Shown here one piece after another: positions 38,025 to 47,900 of a stretch of 64,000 bases of DNA. Both the position numbers and the translations under genes were made by a program. This DNA is from Candidatus Marinacidobacterium sp. (GTDB taxonomy: Bacteria > Acidobacteriota > Vicinamibacteria > Marinacidobacterales > Marinacidobacteraceae). The notes below the pieces were generated by a model. It searched no databases, had not been told where the DNA came from, and saw only the letters and a list, made by a program, of their open reading frames with translations. Each line of letters opens with the position of its first letter. The first letter of the stretch is position 1. The stretch lies in assembly GCA_965204755.1 (NCBI GenBank), contig OZ242011.1, positions 2,208,001-2,272,000 on the forward strand, read 5' to 3'.

Positions 38025-39671
38025 TCAGCGGCCGGGCGGCGCCTCGATCCGCTCGCCGGGAAGCGGCGGCGTGTGCGCCGGAACCCGGTGGGCGCGGACG
38101 CGCTGCTCGAAGGCATACCCCAGGGCGAGAAGCCGCGGTTCGCTGAACGCCCGGCCCAGGAAGGAAATCCCCACCGGCAGGCCGGCGCCGGTGAACCCCG
38201 CCGGGACGATGAGATCGGGAAACCCGCTCATGTTGGCGAACCGGACCGGAGACCGGCTCCGCCCGCCGGCGCCGGGCTCGCGATGGAGCGGCGGCGGCCG
38301 CGTGGGCGAGGTCGGATAGACGAGGGCATCCAGGCGCTGCTCGTCCAGCAGTCCTTCGACGACCGCGCGCACGAGCGGCAGGCCGTGGGTGAGCACCGCC
38401 CGGTAGGCGTGGTCGGTGACTTCGCCGCTGGCGTTTTCGCGAAGGAAGAGACTCCATCGCCCGGGATTCGGAATCCGGTCTTCCTCCCGCGACGGAAGCC
38501 GCATGGACTGCTCCACGAGTTCGTCGAGACTGGCGGGATACTCGCCGCCGAGCGTGGCCAGGTACTCCGCGACCTGTTTCCGGAATTCCGGCCAGCGAAC
38601 GGCGGTGTAGAGGTCGCTCTCGATCTCCAGCAGCCACGAAGGCAATCGGACCTCCACGACTTCCGCGCCGGCGTCCCGCATCGCGTCGAGCGCGGCCTCG
38701 ATCACCCAGTCCACTTCGGAATCGAACCCCAGGAAGTCGCGGGCGACGCCGAGGCGGGCGCCGGAGAGCCCGTCTTCGTCCAGGAACGCCGCGTAGTCGC
38801 GGTGAGACTTCCCTTCGCTGCGGGCGGTGGCCGGGTCCGCCGGATCCACGCCGGCGAGCACCCCCAGGGCGGCGGCTACATCGGCGACGCTCCGCGCCAT
38901 CGGCCCGGCCGTGTCGAACGACAGCGCGAGCGGGACGATCCCGTCGCGGCTCAACAGGCCGAGTGTCGGCTTCAGGCCGACGATCCCGTTGGCGGTGGAC
39001 GGGCCCCGCACCGACCCGCCGGTGTCCGTGCCGAGTCCGAGGAAGCCGTAACCGGCCGCCACCGCGGCGCCCGTGCCGCCGGAGGAGCCGGAAGGCGACC
39101 TCGTCGGGTCATGCGGGTTTCGCGTGATCCCGCCGAGGGAAGACATCGCTCCGCCGGAGGCGAACTCGCTCAGGTTCACCTTCGCCAGCACGATCGCGCC
39201 CGCCTCCCGGAGCCGGCGGACCAGGAAGGCGTCGTCCGGGGGCAGCGAGTCCCGGAGCAGGAAGGAACCCGCGGTCGTGGGAAGGTCGGCCGTGTCCAGG
39301 TTGTCCTTGAGCACGACCGGAATCCCGTGGAGCGGCGACCGCGCTCCCGACTCCCGCCGCTCGGCGTCGAGCCGGCGCGCCCGCGCCCCGGCTTCGGGAT
39401 TCACCGTGATGACCGCGTTGACGCGCGGTCCGCGGTCGTCGTACGCCTCGATCCGGGCGAGGCAGAGTTCCACCAGGCGCTCGGCGGTCACCCGGCCGTC
39501 GTCCATCGCCGCGGCCATCTCGGAAATCGTCGCGGTCGTAAGGTCGAGCGGCGGCTGGGACCACGCCGCGCTCGCCGCGCCCAGCCCGGCGAGCGCCAGC
39601 GCGCCGACGCTTCCGGCGCGAACCGGGCGCCGGGCGGCTGGCGGTCGGCGCGCGGATGGGGGAGGACTCAT
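38025..39671 (-). CDS. Exported amidase signature family protein
   Basis: Signal-like N-terminus; LKDN, GSSGG, GTDTGGSVRGPS. Confidence 0.92.
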   Translation of the reverse strand: MSPPPSARRPPAARRPVRAGSVGALALAGLGAASAAWSQPPLDLTTATISEMAAAMDDGRVTAERLVELCLARIEAYDDRGPRVNAVITVNPEAGARARRLDAERRESGARSPLHGIPVVLKDNLDTADLPTTAGSFLLRDSLPPDDAFLVRRLREAGAIVLAKVNLSEFASGGAMSSLGGITRNPHDPTRSPSGSSGGTGAAVAAGYGFLGLGTDTGGSVRGPSTANGIVGLKPTLGLLSRDGIVPLALSFDTAGPMARSVADVAAALGVLAGVDPADPATARSEGKSHRDYAAFLDEDGLSGARLGVARDFLGFDSEVDWVIEAALDAMRDAGAEVVEVRLPSWLLEIESDLYTAVRWPEFRKQVAEYLATLGGEYPASLDELVEQSMRLPSREEDRIPNPGRWSLFLRENASGEVTDHAYRAVLTHGLPLVRAVVEGLLDEQRLDALVYPTSPTRPPPLHREPGAGGRSRSPVRFANMSGFPDLIVPAGFTGAGLPVGISFLGRAFSEPRLLALGYAFEQRVRAHRVPAHTPPLPGERIEAPPGR

Positions 39672-39851
39672 GAGCGCGATCGTACGCCCTCCGCCCCCGC
39701 TCCCGTCGTTGCCGTCGTCGGGGGCGCGCCGGTCCCCGCAGGAAACGAGAGGGTCAGCGAAGAAGGGCCGGGCCCGAATACCTGCTCCGGTTCGCGGCGC
39801 CGGGCTCGCGGGGGCGCCGGGGCCGAAGCGCCCCGAACGACCTTGGCGGAC

Positions 39852-40907
39852 TCAGTTCGCGGAGAGGCTCCGGCGGAACTCCTCGTTCAGGGTCGGGTTG
39901 TCCTGCAGCATCCGGAGCGCCTCGCTCTCCAGTTGCCGCACCCGTTCCCGAGTGAGGTGGAGTTCCCTCCCGATGTCCTCGAGATTCGCCTCGGTCTCGC
40001 CGCCGATCCCGAAGCGCCGGGTCACGACGCGCTGCAGCCGGTCGGGGAGCGCGGAGATCGCGTCCCGCACATGCCGGCGCTGCTCGGCGTCGGTGACATC
40101 CTCGATCGGGTTCATCTGCTTCGGGTCCGGCGTGAGGGCGATCCGCGGCGTTCCGTTCGGCACGAGCGGCGCGTCGAGCGAGTCGATCTGCGGCACGGAG
40201 CGCAGCGTGTCCCGGAGCACCTCCGGCTTGACCCCGATCTCCGCGGCGACATCCTCGGTCGTCGGCGACTGCCGGCGGCCGCGGCGGGTCGGGTCGTTGC
40301 GGAACCGCTGCTCCAACTCGGCGCGCACCTTGGCCGCCTTCCGGTGCAGGTCGAGTTTGTTGATCGGAACCTTGATCGTCCGCGACTTCTGCGAGAGGGC
40401 GCGCCAGATCGCCTGCCGGATCCACCAGGTGGCGTAGGTCGAGAACTTGAGGTTGCGCTCCGGCTCGAACTTCCGCACCGCCTGCATGAGGCCGATGTTC
40501 CCCTCCTGGATGAGGTCCCCGAGCGGCAGCCCCTTGCCGCGCGACTGCTTGGCGATGGAGATCACCAGGCGGAGGTTCCCCTCGATCATCTTGCGGCGGT
40601 TCTCGTAGAACTCGTCGAGCCGTTCGGCGACGGGCTCCTCCCCCGCGTCCTCGATCCCTTCGAGCGCCTTGCGCATGGCCCGGCTGTAGCGCTGCTCGTC
40701 GTCCTTGGTGAGCAGCCGGTGGCGGTGCGTGTCGCGGAGGTACAACCCCATCGAGTCGAGGTCGCCCGTCTGGTGCGTATCGGGCGCGAGGCCGAGTTCT
40801 TCGTTCCGGGATTCCGTTTCTTCCTCGGTGGACTCTTCCTCTTCCTCTTCCTCCTCGAAGGAGCCGTCGACGAATTCGATCGTCTCGTAGTCGGTGGTGG
40901 TGTCCAT
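39852..40907 (-). CDS. Sigma-70 family factor (RpoD/RpoS-like, lacks region 1.1)
   Basis: Region 1.2 YLRD..LLT; [10 protein letters not shown]; [10 protein letters not shown]; [12 protein letters not shown]; [10 protein letters not shown]; GGGAGG RBS. Confidence 0.93.
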   Translation of the reverse strand: MDTTTDYETIEFVDGSFEEEEEEEESTEEETESRNEELGLAPDTHQTGDLDSMGLYLRDTHRHRLLTKDDEQRYSRAMRKALEGIEDAGEEPVAERLDEFYENRRKMIEGNLRLVISIAKQSRGKGLPLGDLIQEGNIGLMQAVRKFEPERNLKFSTYATWWIRQAIWRALSQKSRTIKVPINKLDLHRKAAKVRAELEQRFRNDPTRRGRRQSPTTEDVAAEIGVKPEVLRDTLRSVPQIDSLDAPLVPNGTPRIALTPDPKQMNPIEDVTDAEQRRHVRDAISALPDRLQRVVTRRFGIGGETEANLEDIGRELHLTRERVRQLESEALRMLQDNPTLNEEFRRSLSAN

Positions 40908-40977
40908 GTCAAAACCTCCCGGGGTATCGGCGCCATCGACAGCGCGTCTTCGGTTCGTCGTTCTCGGCAAGATTATA

Positions 40978-40994
40978 TGCAGAGAACATGCCAA
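40978..40994 (-). promoter_or_regulatory. Sigma54 -24/-12 promoter candidate
   Basis: Minus strand TTGGCATGTTCTCTGCA (GG-N10-GC), about 70 nt upstream of the sigma gene ATG. Confidence 0.65.
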
Positions 40995-41255
40995 AATTCG
41001 TCACCCCCGCCGCCGGCTCCACCTCGCGTGCGGTCACGCGCATCGCGCACGAAATCGGGGCGGGACAAACCGGGTTAACGCGCCACCCGGGCGCGAGGTT
41101 CCCTTGCGGGAGATTCGGCGCCCGGAACGACGAAGAGCCGGGGACCGGGCCGGCCGTCCGGGGTCGGCGGCCGTCTCCCGGCCTCCCGGGGCGAGTCCCG
41201 GCCGACGGATGCCGGCGGAGCGCACGGGTCGGCAGGCGTCGCGGCCGGAGAGCGG

Positions 41256-42032
41256 TCAGCGCGACTCCCCGGGAAGCGGCAGGCGTACGATCTCCGCCGC
41301 CCCCTTCAGTTCGTCCACCCAAGCGGAGATCCGCCGGTTCAGGTCGCGTTCCTCCAGGATCCTGCGAATGGAGTCCTCCACCCGTTCGAGGGGCGGGGGC
41401 GCGCCGGGAGGAAGATCCGGGAGCAGGACCTCGCGGTAGTACTCCTGCACCTGCTGCTGGCTGACTTGGACGAGCGGGCGGAAGCGGCGTTCCAGGTAGC
41501 GGTCCACGACCAGTTCCCGTTCGATGCGCCGCCGGAGGTAGTCCTCCCGGATGCCGAGCCGCAACAGCGTGTCGCGGTACCCGTCCACGGTCCCGAACCT
41601 CTCCATGAGAGCCCGGAAGGTCGCTTCCGCTTCGTCCGGGGTCGGAGGATCGGCCGGGTACCGGCGCGCTTCGCGCTCCATCAGCCGGGCCGCGATCAAG
41701 TTCTCGACCGCGCCGCGGAGGTCGGGAAGGGCCGCCCCCGCCGGGTCGAGGGCGACCGCCTCCTCGACTTCGGAGAGCGTGATCGGCGCCCCGTCCACCA
41801 CCGCGACGACCCGGTCGAGCAGGCCGGTCTGCTGCAGCGGCATCCGCGGAACCGCGTTCGCCGGCGCCGCGGCGGAAGTGAGGAGGCCTCCGCCCAGGAG
41901 AACCCCGGACAAACGGAGCCTCCGCCACCGTGGGAGGCGCCGGGCCCGCCGCCGAAACGCCCGATCCGCGGGCCGAGGCGCCGCCGCGGCGGAAACCGTC
42001 CGGCGGGGAGCCGCCGGGCGCGGGCGGGTCAA
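41256..42032 (-). CDS. SurA N-terminal-like periplasmic chaperone
   Basis: LDRVVAVVDGAPITLSEV and C-terminal WVDELKGAAEI; start uncertain (TTG overlapping the upstream stop). Confidence 0.75.
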   Translation of the reverse strand: MTRPRPAAPRRTVSAAAAPRPADRAFRRRARRLPRWRRLRLSGVLLGGGLLTSAAAPANAVPRMPLQQTGLLDRVVAVVDGAPITLSEVEEAVALDPAGAALPDLRGAVENLIAARLMEREARRYPADPPTPDEAEATFRALMERFGTVDGYRDTLLRLGIREDYLRRRIERELVVDRYLERRFRPLVQVSQQQVQEYYREVLLPDLPPGAPPPLERVEDSIRRILEERDLNRRISAWVDELKGAAEIVRLPLPGESR

Positions 42033-44887
42033 AAGGCGTGGCCGATGGTGAAGTGCCATTGCCGCCGCCGGAGGCCGCCGATGTCCCCGAGCCGAAACGC
42101 GTAGTCGAAACGCACCGGGCCGAGCGGGGTCGCCCACCGGAGTCCGAGCCCGGCGTTGTGGTTCCAGTCGATGTCCCCGAGCGGCGCCACCTCCGCGTAC
42201 ACCCCGCCATGATCGGAGAACAGGGCGCCTCCGAGGCTTCCGAAGATGGGGAAGCGCAACTCCAGGTTACCGACGGCGAGGAAGTTGCCGCCGAGCGGAT
42301 AGCCGCTGCGGTCGAGCGGGCCGGCGCGATCGAGCCGGAAGCCGCGGAGGGTGGTCGCGCCGCCGGCGAAGAACCGCTCGATGAGCGGCAACTGCGCCGG
42401 CTGTCCCTCGCCGAGCGTCCAACCGGCGCCGAGCCGGAGGGCGGCGGCCAACACCACCCGCCCGCCCACCGGGACATAGACGAACTGTTGTCCGAGGGCC
42501 TTCACGAACGGGGCCCGCGAGCCGAGCAGCGCCGACGACCACTTGAGGTCCACGATTCCGAACCGCCCCCGACCGGGATTCACCGGGTCGTCGCGCGTGT
42601 CTTCCACCACGGAGGCGGATACCGCCGAAAGCCACAGGCTCTCGGCGAAGTTGCGGTCGAGTTGGTTCGGATGGATCTTGAGGTCGGACAGTTCGTTCGC
42701 GGTGAAGTCGTAGCGGAGGAAGAGGCTCCGTCCGAACACCCGTCGGGACAGTTGCACCCCGACGCCGGTGCGGACGAAATCGAAGCCTTCCCGATCCTGC
42801 GCCTCGCGGTAGGCGCTCACGAAGAGCGGAACCGTGCCGGCCTCGTTCTCCGCGCCCCGGTAAGTGGCGATCATGCGGCTGCCGCGCACCGAGAGCCGGG
42901 CGAAGAGGCTCAGGGTGTGGCTCCTGCCGAAGAGGTTGCGGCGGGCCCACTCCACTTCGCCCCGCACCTGCTCCCGTTCGCTGTAGCCGGCGCCGTAACC
43001 CACGCTGGTGCGCGACGACTCCTCGACCCGGATGAGCACATTGCGCTCGTTGACCGATTCTTCCGGCTCGAGTAACACGACCTCCACCGTGCGGAAGATC
43101 CCCATGGACACCAGCCGATGCCTCACCTCGACCAGGTCGTCGTTCGAGAGCGGATCCCCTTCCCGGAACGGAAGCCGCGCCCGCAGGAAGGACTCGCGGG
43201 TCGCGGCCAGCCCGGCGACGATGACTTCCCCGACCGTGAGGTAGTCGCCGGGGCGGATGCGGAACACCACCTCCGCCCGGAGGGTCGCCGGGTCCACCGG
43301 CGCCTCCACTTCCACGACGGCGTCCAGGAAGCCGCGATTCCGGAGCCGGGCTTCCAGACTCTCCCGGGCGCCGACGACCCGTTCCGCCACGAACGGCATA
43401 CCGGCCGAGAGCATCGCGGCCTGCCGGAGTTCCTCGGGGGAGTCCGGCGCCTCTCCTTCGAAGCGGACGGAGCCGACGGTCGCCGCCGGACCGGGGCGGA
43501 CGCGCGCCGTCAGGGCGAGCGCGGTGGGATCGCCGCCGCCGGGGGTGACCGAAGCGGAGACCTCGGCCCGGTAGTGGCCCGCCTGCAGCAGGCTGCGCCG
43601 CAGTCCGCCGGTGGCGGCGGTCCACTCTTCCTCGCGGAAGACGCGTCCCTCGCGCAGCGGGCCGAGCGCCGCTTCCGCGAGCGGGGCGTCCTCCGCGGAG
43701 AGTCCCTCGACACGCACCGAACCGATGGTGTAGCGCGGCCCGGGTTCGGCCGTGAGCCGGACGGTCAGCCGCTCGTCCGAGTCGGAGGCGAACCGTTCCA
43801 CCGTCACCGCGGCGTCCCGGTAGCCGTCGGCGACGAGCAGCGCTTCTTGCTGTTGGCGCAGGCCCTCGAGGGCGTCGTCGGTGAGGCGGCGTTCGGTCAG
43901 CGACCACAGGGCGAGTTGCGCGCCCTCCCCGAGGCCGGGGAAGCCGAGAACCTCCAGGACGACCTCCGGCCCGGTTTCGACCAGCAGGACGACCTCCACC
44001 AGCGAGGGGTCCCCCCGGCGGAACGCGAAGTCGAGTTCCGCGAGCAGGTACCCGCGCTCCCGCAGGAGCCGCCGCGCGCGGGCCAGCCGCTCCACGAATT
44101 CGGGCTCCGACCAGACCTGGCCCGGAGTCATCTCCAGGTCGTCCGTGATGTCACGGGTCAGGTCATCGGGTGCGGTCTCCACGCGGAACGAGCCGACCCG
44201 CACCCTCAGACCCGGCTCGACCACGGCCTCGACCGCGGCATCGCTCCCCACCGGTTCCACCTCGACTCGCACCGAGGCGTCGAGGTAACCGAGGCTCCGG
44301 AGCCGCTCCTCCGCCGCCGTCCGCGCGACGGCGGCGTCGGGAACGGGCTCCCCCGTCTCGACGCCCAGCGCTTCCTCGATCTGCCGTTCGAGGCCGGGCG
44401 GCGCGCCGCGGACTTCGATCTCGCGGACGCGGGGCGCCGGGTCGAGCACGAACCGGAGCCCGGTGTTTCCGTCGGCGTCCAGCGCCGCCTGCACGCGCAC
44501 ATCGCGGAACCGACCGAGCGAGAAGATCTGCTTCACGGACTGGCGCACGGCCAACGCGCGGTAGGTGTCCCCCGGACGGAGGGACACCAGGCGGGAGGCC
44601 GCCTCCGGAACCGGGTCGGGACGGCCGTCGGCCCAGGCGACGGTGACGAACGCGATCCGCTGCCCGTCGAGGTCCGCCGACCGGGCGCGTCCCGATTGCC
44701 GGCCGACGCCGGCGGAGGTGGGGGCCGGTTCCGACGCCGCCCGGTTCGCGGCCGTCGCGGCGAGCACCGAGCAGAGCGCCGCGGCAGAGGCCCGGGCGCG
44801 GCCGGGCCCGCGCGCCCGCCGGCGACGGGGCCCCCGATCAGCCCGCGCCGGAAGCGTCCCGCCGGGAAACCGGGCGGGGCACTTCAT
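42029..44887 (-). CDS. Omp85 (BamA/TamA) family outer-membrane protein with POTRA domains
   Basis: POTRA repeats; RNLFG; ERFFAGGATTLRGF; TPLGPVRFDY; terminal IGHAF. Confidence 0.92.
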   Translation of the reverse strand: MKCPARFPGGTLPARADRGPRRRRARGPGRARASAAALCSVLAATAANRAASEPAPTSAGVGRQSGRARSADLDGQRIAFVTVAWADGRPDPVPEAASRLVSLRPGDTYRALAVRQSVKQIFSLGRFRDVRVQAALDADGNTGLRFVLDPAPRVREIEVRGAPPGLERQIEEALGVETGEPVPDAAVARTAAEERLRSLGYLDASVRVEVEPVGSDAAVEAVVEPGLRVRVGSFRVETAPDDLTRDITDDLEMTPGQVWSEPEFVERLARARRLLRERGYLLAELDFAFRRGDPSLVEVVLLVETGPEVVLEVLGFPGLGEGAQLALWSLTERRLTDDALEGLRQQQEALLVADGYRDAAVTVERFASDSDERLTVRLTAEPGPRYTIGSVRVEGLSAEDAPLAEAALGPLREGRVFREEEWTAATGGLRRSLLQAGHYRAEVSASVTPGGGDPTALALTARVRPGPAATVGSVRFEGEAPDSPEELRQAAMLSAGMPFVAERVVGARESLEARLRNRGFLDAVVEVEAPVDPATLRAEVVFRIRPGDYLTVGEVIVAGLAATRESFLRARLPFREGDPLSNDDLVEVRHRLVSMGIFRTVEVVLLEPEESVNERNVLIRVEESSRTSVGYGAGYSEREQVRGEVEWARRNLFGRSHTLSLFARLSVRGSRMIATYRGAENEAGTVPLFVSAYREAQDREGFDFVRTGVGVQLSRRVFGRSLFLRYDFTANELSDLKIHPNQLDRNFAESLWLSAVSASVVEDTRDDPVNPGRGRFGIVDLKWSSALLGSRAPFVKALGQQFVYVPVGGRVVLAAALRLGAGWTLGEGQPAQLPLIERFFAGGATTLRGFRLDRAGPLDRSGYPLGGNFLAVGNLELRFPIFGSLGGALFSDHGGVYAEVAPLGDIDWNHNAGLGLRWATPLGPVRFDYAFRLGDIGGLRRRQWHFTIGHAF

Positions 44888-44934
44888 GCTCTTCGGTCGA
44901 GGAGGCGAGGGCAGGGCGCTTCTTCCACGGGCCG

Positions 44935-47900
44935 TCAGAAGGTGCGATGGAACCGGACATCCACTCCCAGCGAGCCGTCGCGATCCCGCGAGAAGATCCA
45001 GGACACCGGGCCGCGGGGCGTGTATTCGACGACGATGATGGCTTCCTCGGTCGCCGAGAGGCTCGAGGAGTAGCGGACGCTCAGATCCGGCGAGAGTTGC
45101 TTGCCGAGTGTCACTCGCGCCGTCGGGTTGCTGAAGCGCCCGATCAGGAACGGATCGATGCTGAACCGGTCGATCCCGAACACGCGCCCGGCGCGCCTTC
45201 CGATCATGTTGCTGAGTTGCTGGCTGAGGAGGGTGGCGGCCGAGGCGGCGGCGACTTCGTCTTCGCCTCCCGCGCGCAGCAGATCCTGTTCCGGGGCGCC
45301 GGACAGGAGGCGCAGGATGTCCGTCTCCCGGAGGGGCGGTTCGGAAGTCAGGTTCGCTTGGATCTGCTCCGTCGTCCCCGAAGCCCGGAGTTGCACCCGG
45401 TAACTGCGCACCGTCGTCTCCGCCTCGAGATCGAACACCGGCTCGATGCCTTCGGGATCGATGAAGTCCGCGCGGCCGGAGACGATCGAGAAACGATGCG
45501 CACCGAAGAAGGCATCCCCGCCGACCAGGTCCGCCCGCCCGAGGAGCGCCGGCGACCCTGCCGTTCCGCGCAGTTCGAAGTCGGCGGCCGCCTGCAATTC
45601 GAACAGGGAGTTGCTCACCCGGAAAGGTGAGCCGGTCTCCACCCGGACATCCATCCGAAGGTCGTCGAAGCCGCCATCTTCCGTTTCCGAAGTCCCGCTC
45701 ACCGCGTTCAAGTCCGCGAGGATGTTGGCGAACAGTTCGTACTCCCGGCTCCACACCGCCTCGTCGAGTCGAACCGCGCCGGTGACCAGCCTCAGGTCGC
45801 GGTTCCCCAGCACCTGGAGGTCGGCGTTCACGGTCGCCGAGAGGTCGGACGGATAGCGCAGCCGCGCGTCGGTGATCCGGAGCCGCAGGTCCGTCGCGTC
45901 CACGGCGGCTTCGGAGAACGACACCGAGCCGGACAGGACCGTCGCGCCGGACCCGAGGCGCCCGGCGACTTCCGCCGCCCGGACGGTATTCCGGTCGAAC
46001 GCGATCTCGCCGGAGACTTCCCGCAGCGCGTGGGGGAAGCCGGCGACCAGGAAATCCCCGTCCCGAATCCGCCCGCTGCCGACGACCCCCGGCGCCTCCC
46101 AGGGGCCGACGATCTCCACATCCAGCGCCAACTCGCCCTCCGCATCCAGCCCCTCGAGCAGCGGTTCGGCGGCAGCCAGGGACACCTCGCCGGACAGGAA
46201 GAGGTCGATCTCCTCCCGGTTCAATTCCGCTGCCCCGGCGATTCGGAGCCGGTCTTCGCCTCGCCGGACTTCGAGTTCTTCGAGTTCGACCCGCGCGTTT
46301 TCGAGCCTTACGCCGGCGGGCCGAACGATCGACGCCGTGAAGTCCGGCGCGGAGATCTCGAGCCCGGAGAGGGTCGCGCTCCCGGTCATCCATTCGTCGT
46401 AGGGGTTTTCGATGTGGAAATCCGCATCGCCGCTCACGACGACGGAGAGCCCCTGCGCGGCGGCAGATTCGGAGACCAGGGGGCCGATCTCCAGGCCCCG
46501 GACGGCGACCGTTCCCGCGCCCTCCGTTCCGAAGGGAACCGCCCCCTCCACCCGGAACGACGCCCTTCCCGAGTCCACGGCGCCGCGCCCGACGAAGGTC
46601 TCGCCGCGCACCTCCCCGCTGATGGTTCCCGGCCCGAGCGGAAGACCGACGACCGAAGCCTCGGTGACGCGGGCTTCCAAGTCGAGCGCCGGAACCAACA
46701 GGTCGCCGCCGATGTCCAGGGTGAAGTCCGACGGAATGGAGATCCACTCCGGCGCCAGTCCCGGGGTGAGGGGATAGCCGGCGCCGGTGATCCGTCCGTC
46801 CATCTCCCACTCGACCAGCCCGATGTCCAGGGCGCCGGCCGCCGTTCCGGCGCCGAAGGCTCCGGTGATCGGCGCGAGGCGGGCGGTCTCGCCGTCGAGA
46901 GTCCAGTCCACCCGGGCCTCGTCGAAGGGCTGTTCGAGGAACGCGCCGTTCCACCCGGTCACCGTCCCGCTCCCGGTGTAGCGCTCGCTTCGACGAACCG
47001 TCTCGCTCCTTCCGGTGGCCGTTCCCTCCGCCACCACATCCCACTCCAGGAAGTCCACGATCTGCCGGATGTCCCAGTCTTCCCACTCCGCGTCGAACTC
47101 CATGTCGGGCCAGGTCTCGGTCCCGCGCCGGAACACGCCGGAGACCGCCAGCCGGCTCTCGCCGGCGCGCGCGCCCATCCGGTCGAGCCAGATCGTGTCC
47201 CGGCCGATGCGGCCGGCGGCGAGCAGGGTTTCGGTTCGGATCGTCGAGAAGCGCATCCCGCGGCCTTCGATTTCGCCGGCGATCACCAGGCGCGGCCACC
47301 GCCCGGTGATCGCGCCCTCGAAACTGCCCTCTCCGGAGACATCCCAGAAGGTCGTCTCCGGCGCTTCCCCGAAAAGCACCCGGCGCAGTTCCTGTTGCGC
47401 CGCATCCACCTGGGCGGACTCGCCGGCCAGCGCTCGGGCGGTGAACTCGGCCGGGCCGACGCGCGGATAGCGGCCTTCGGCGGACGCCCGGTAGGCGGCC
47501 CCGTCGAAGGAGAGGCGATGGACGGTCACGCCGCCGTCGTCGAGCGTGAGGGCGGCTTCGAGCCCGAGCGGCAGTTCCCCTTCCGCGGCGCCCCCTGCCG
47601 GGAGGGTCCCGGTCGCCGTGATTTCGCCGGTCATGAGGCCGGGTTCGGAGAGGGGCAGCCGCAGGTCGGCGCGAAGGGCGAGGCGCGAGCGAAGCGAGGT
47701 CTCGCCGCCGAAGAGCCCCGCGAGAGCCTCCGAGAGCGCGCTGTCCCGCAGTTCGAGGAGGATGTCGGCCGGATTCTCCTCGCGCGGCTGCACCTGGCGG
47801 AAGCGGAGGCTGCCCTCGCCCCCGGCGGCGACCCCCTCGGAGGACAGGATCTCGACGCGGTCGGGGTCCCAATGCACCTCGCCCGTCCAGTCGTGGAACG

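Noticed and set aside
42029-47872. 1947-aa ORF suggesting a giant Omp85 fusion
   Set aside because: The part above 44887 is an Arg/Pro-rich off-frame reading of tamB. Similar false extensions affect 17350..20310, 23045..25777, 30591..35159, 31482..36359 and 34730..36985.
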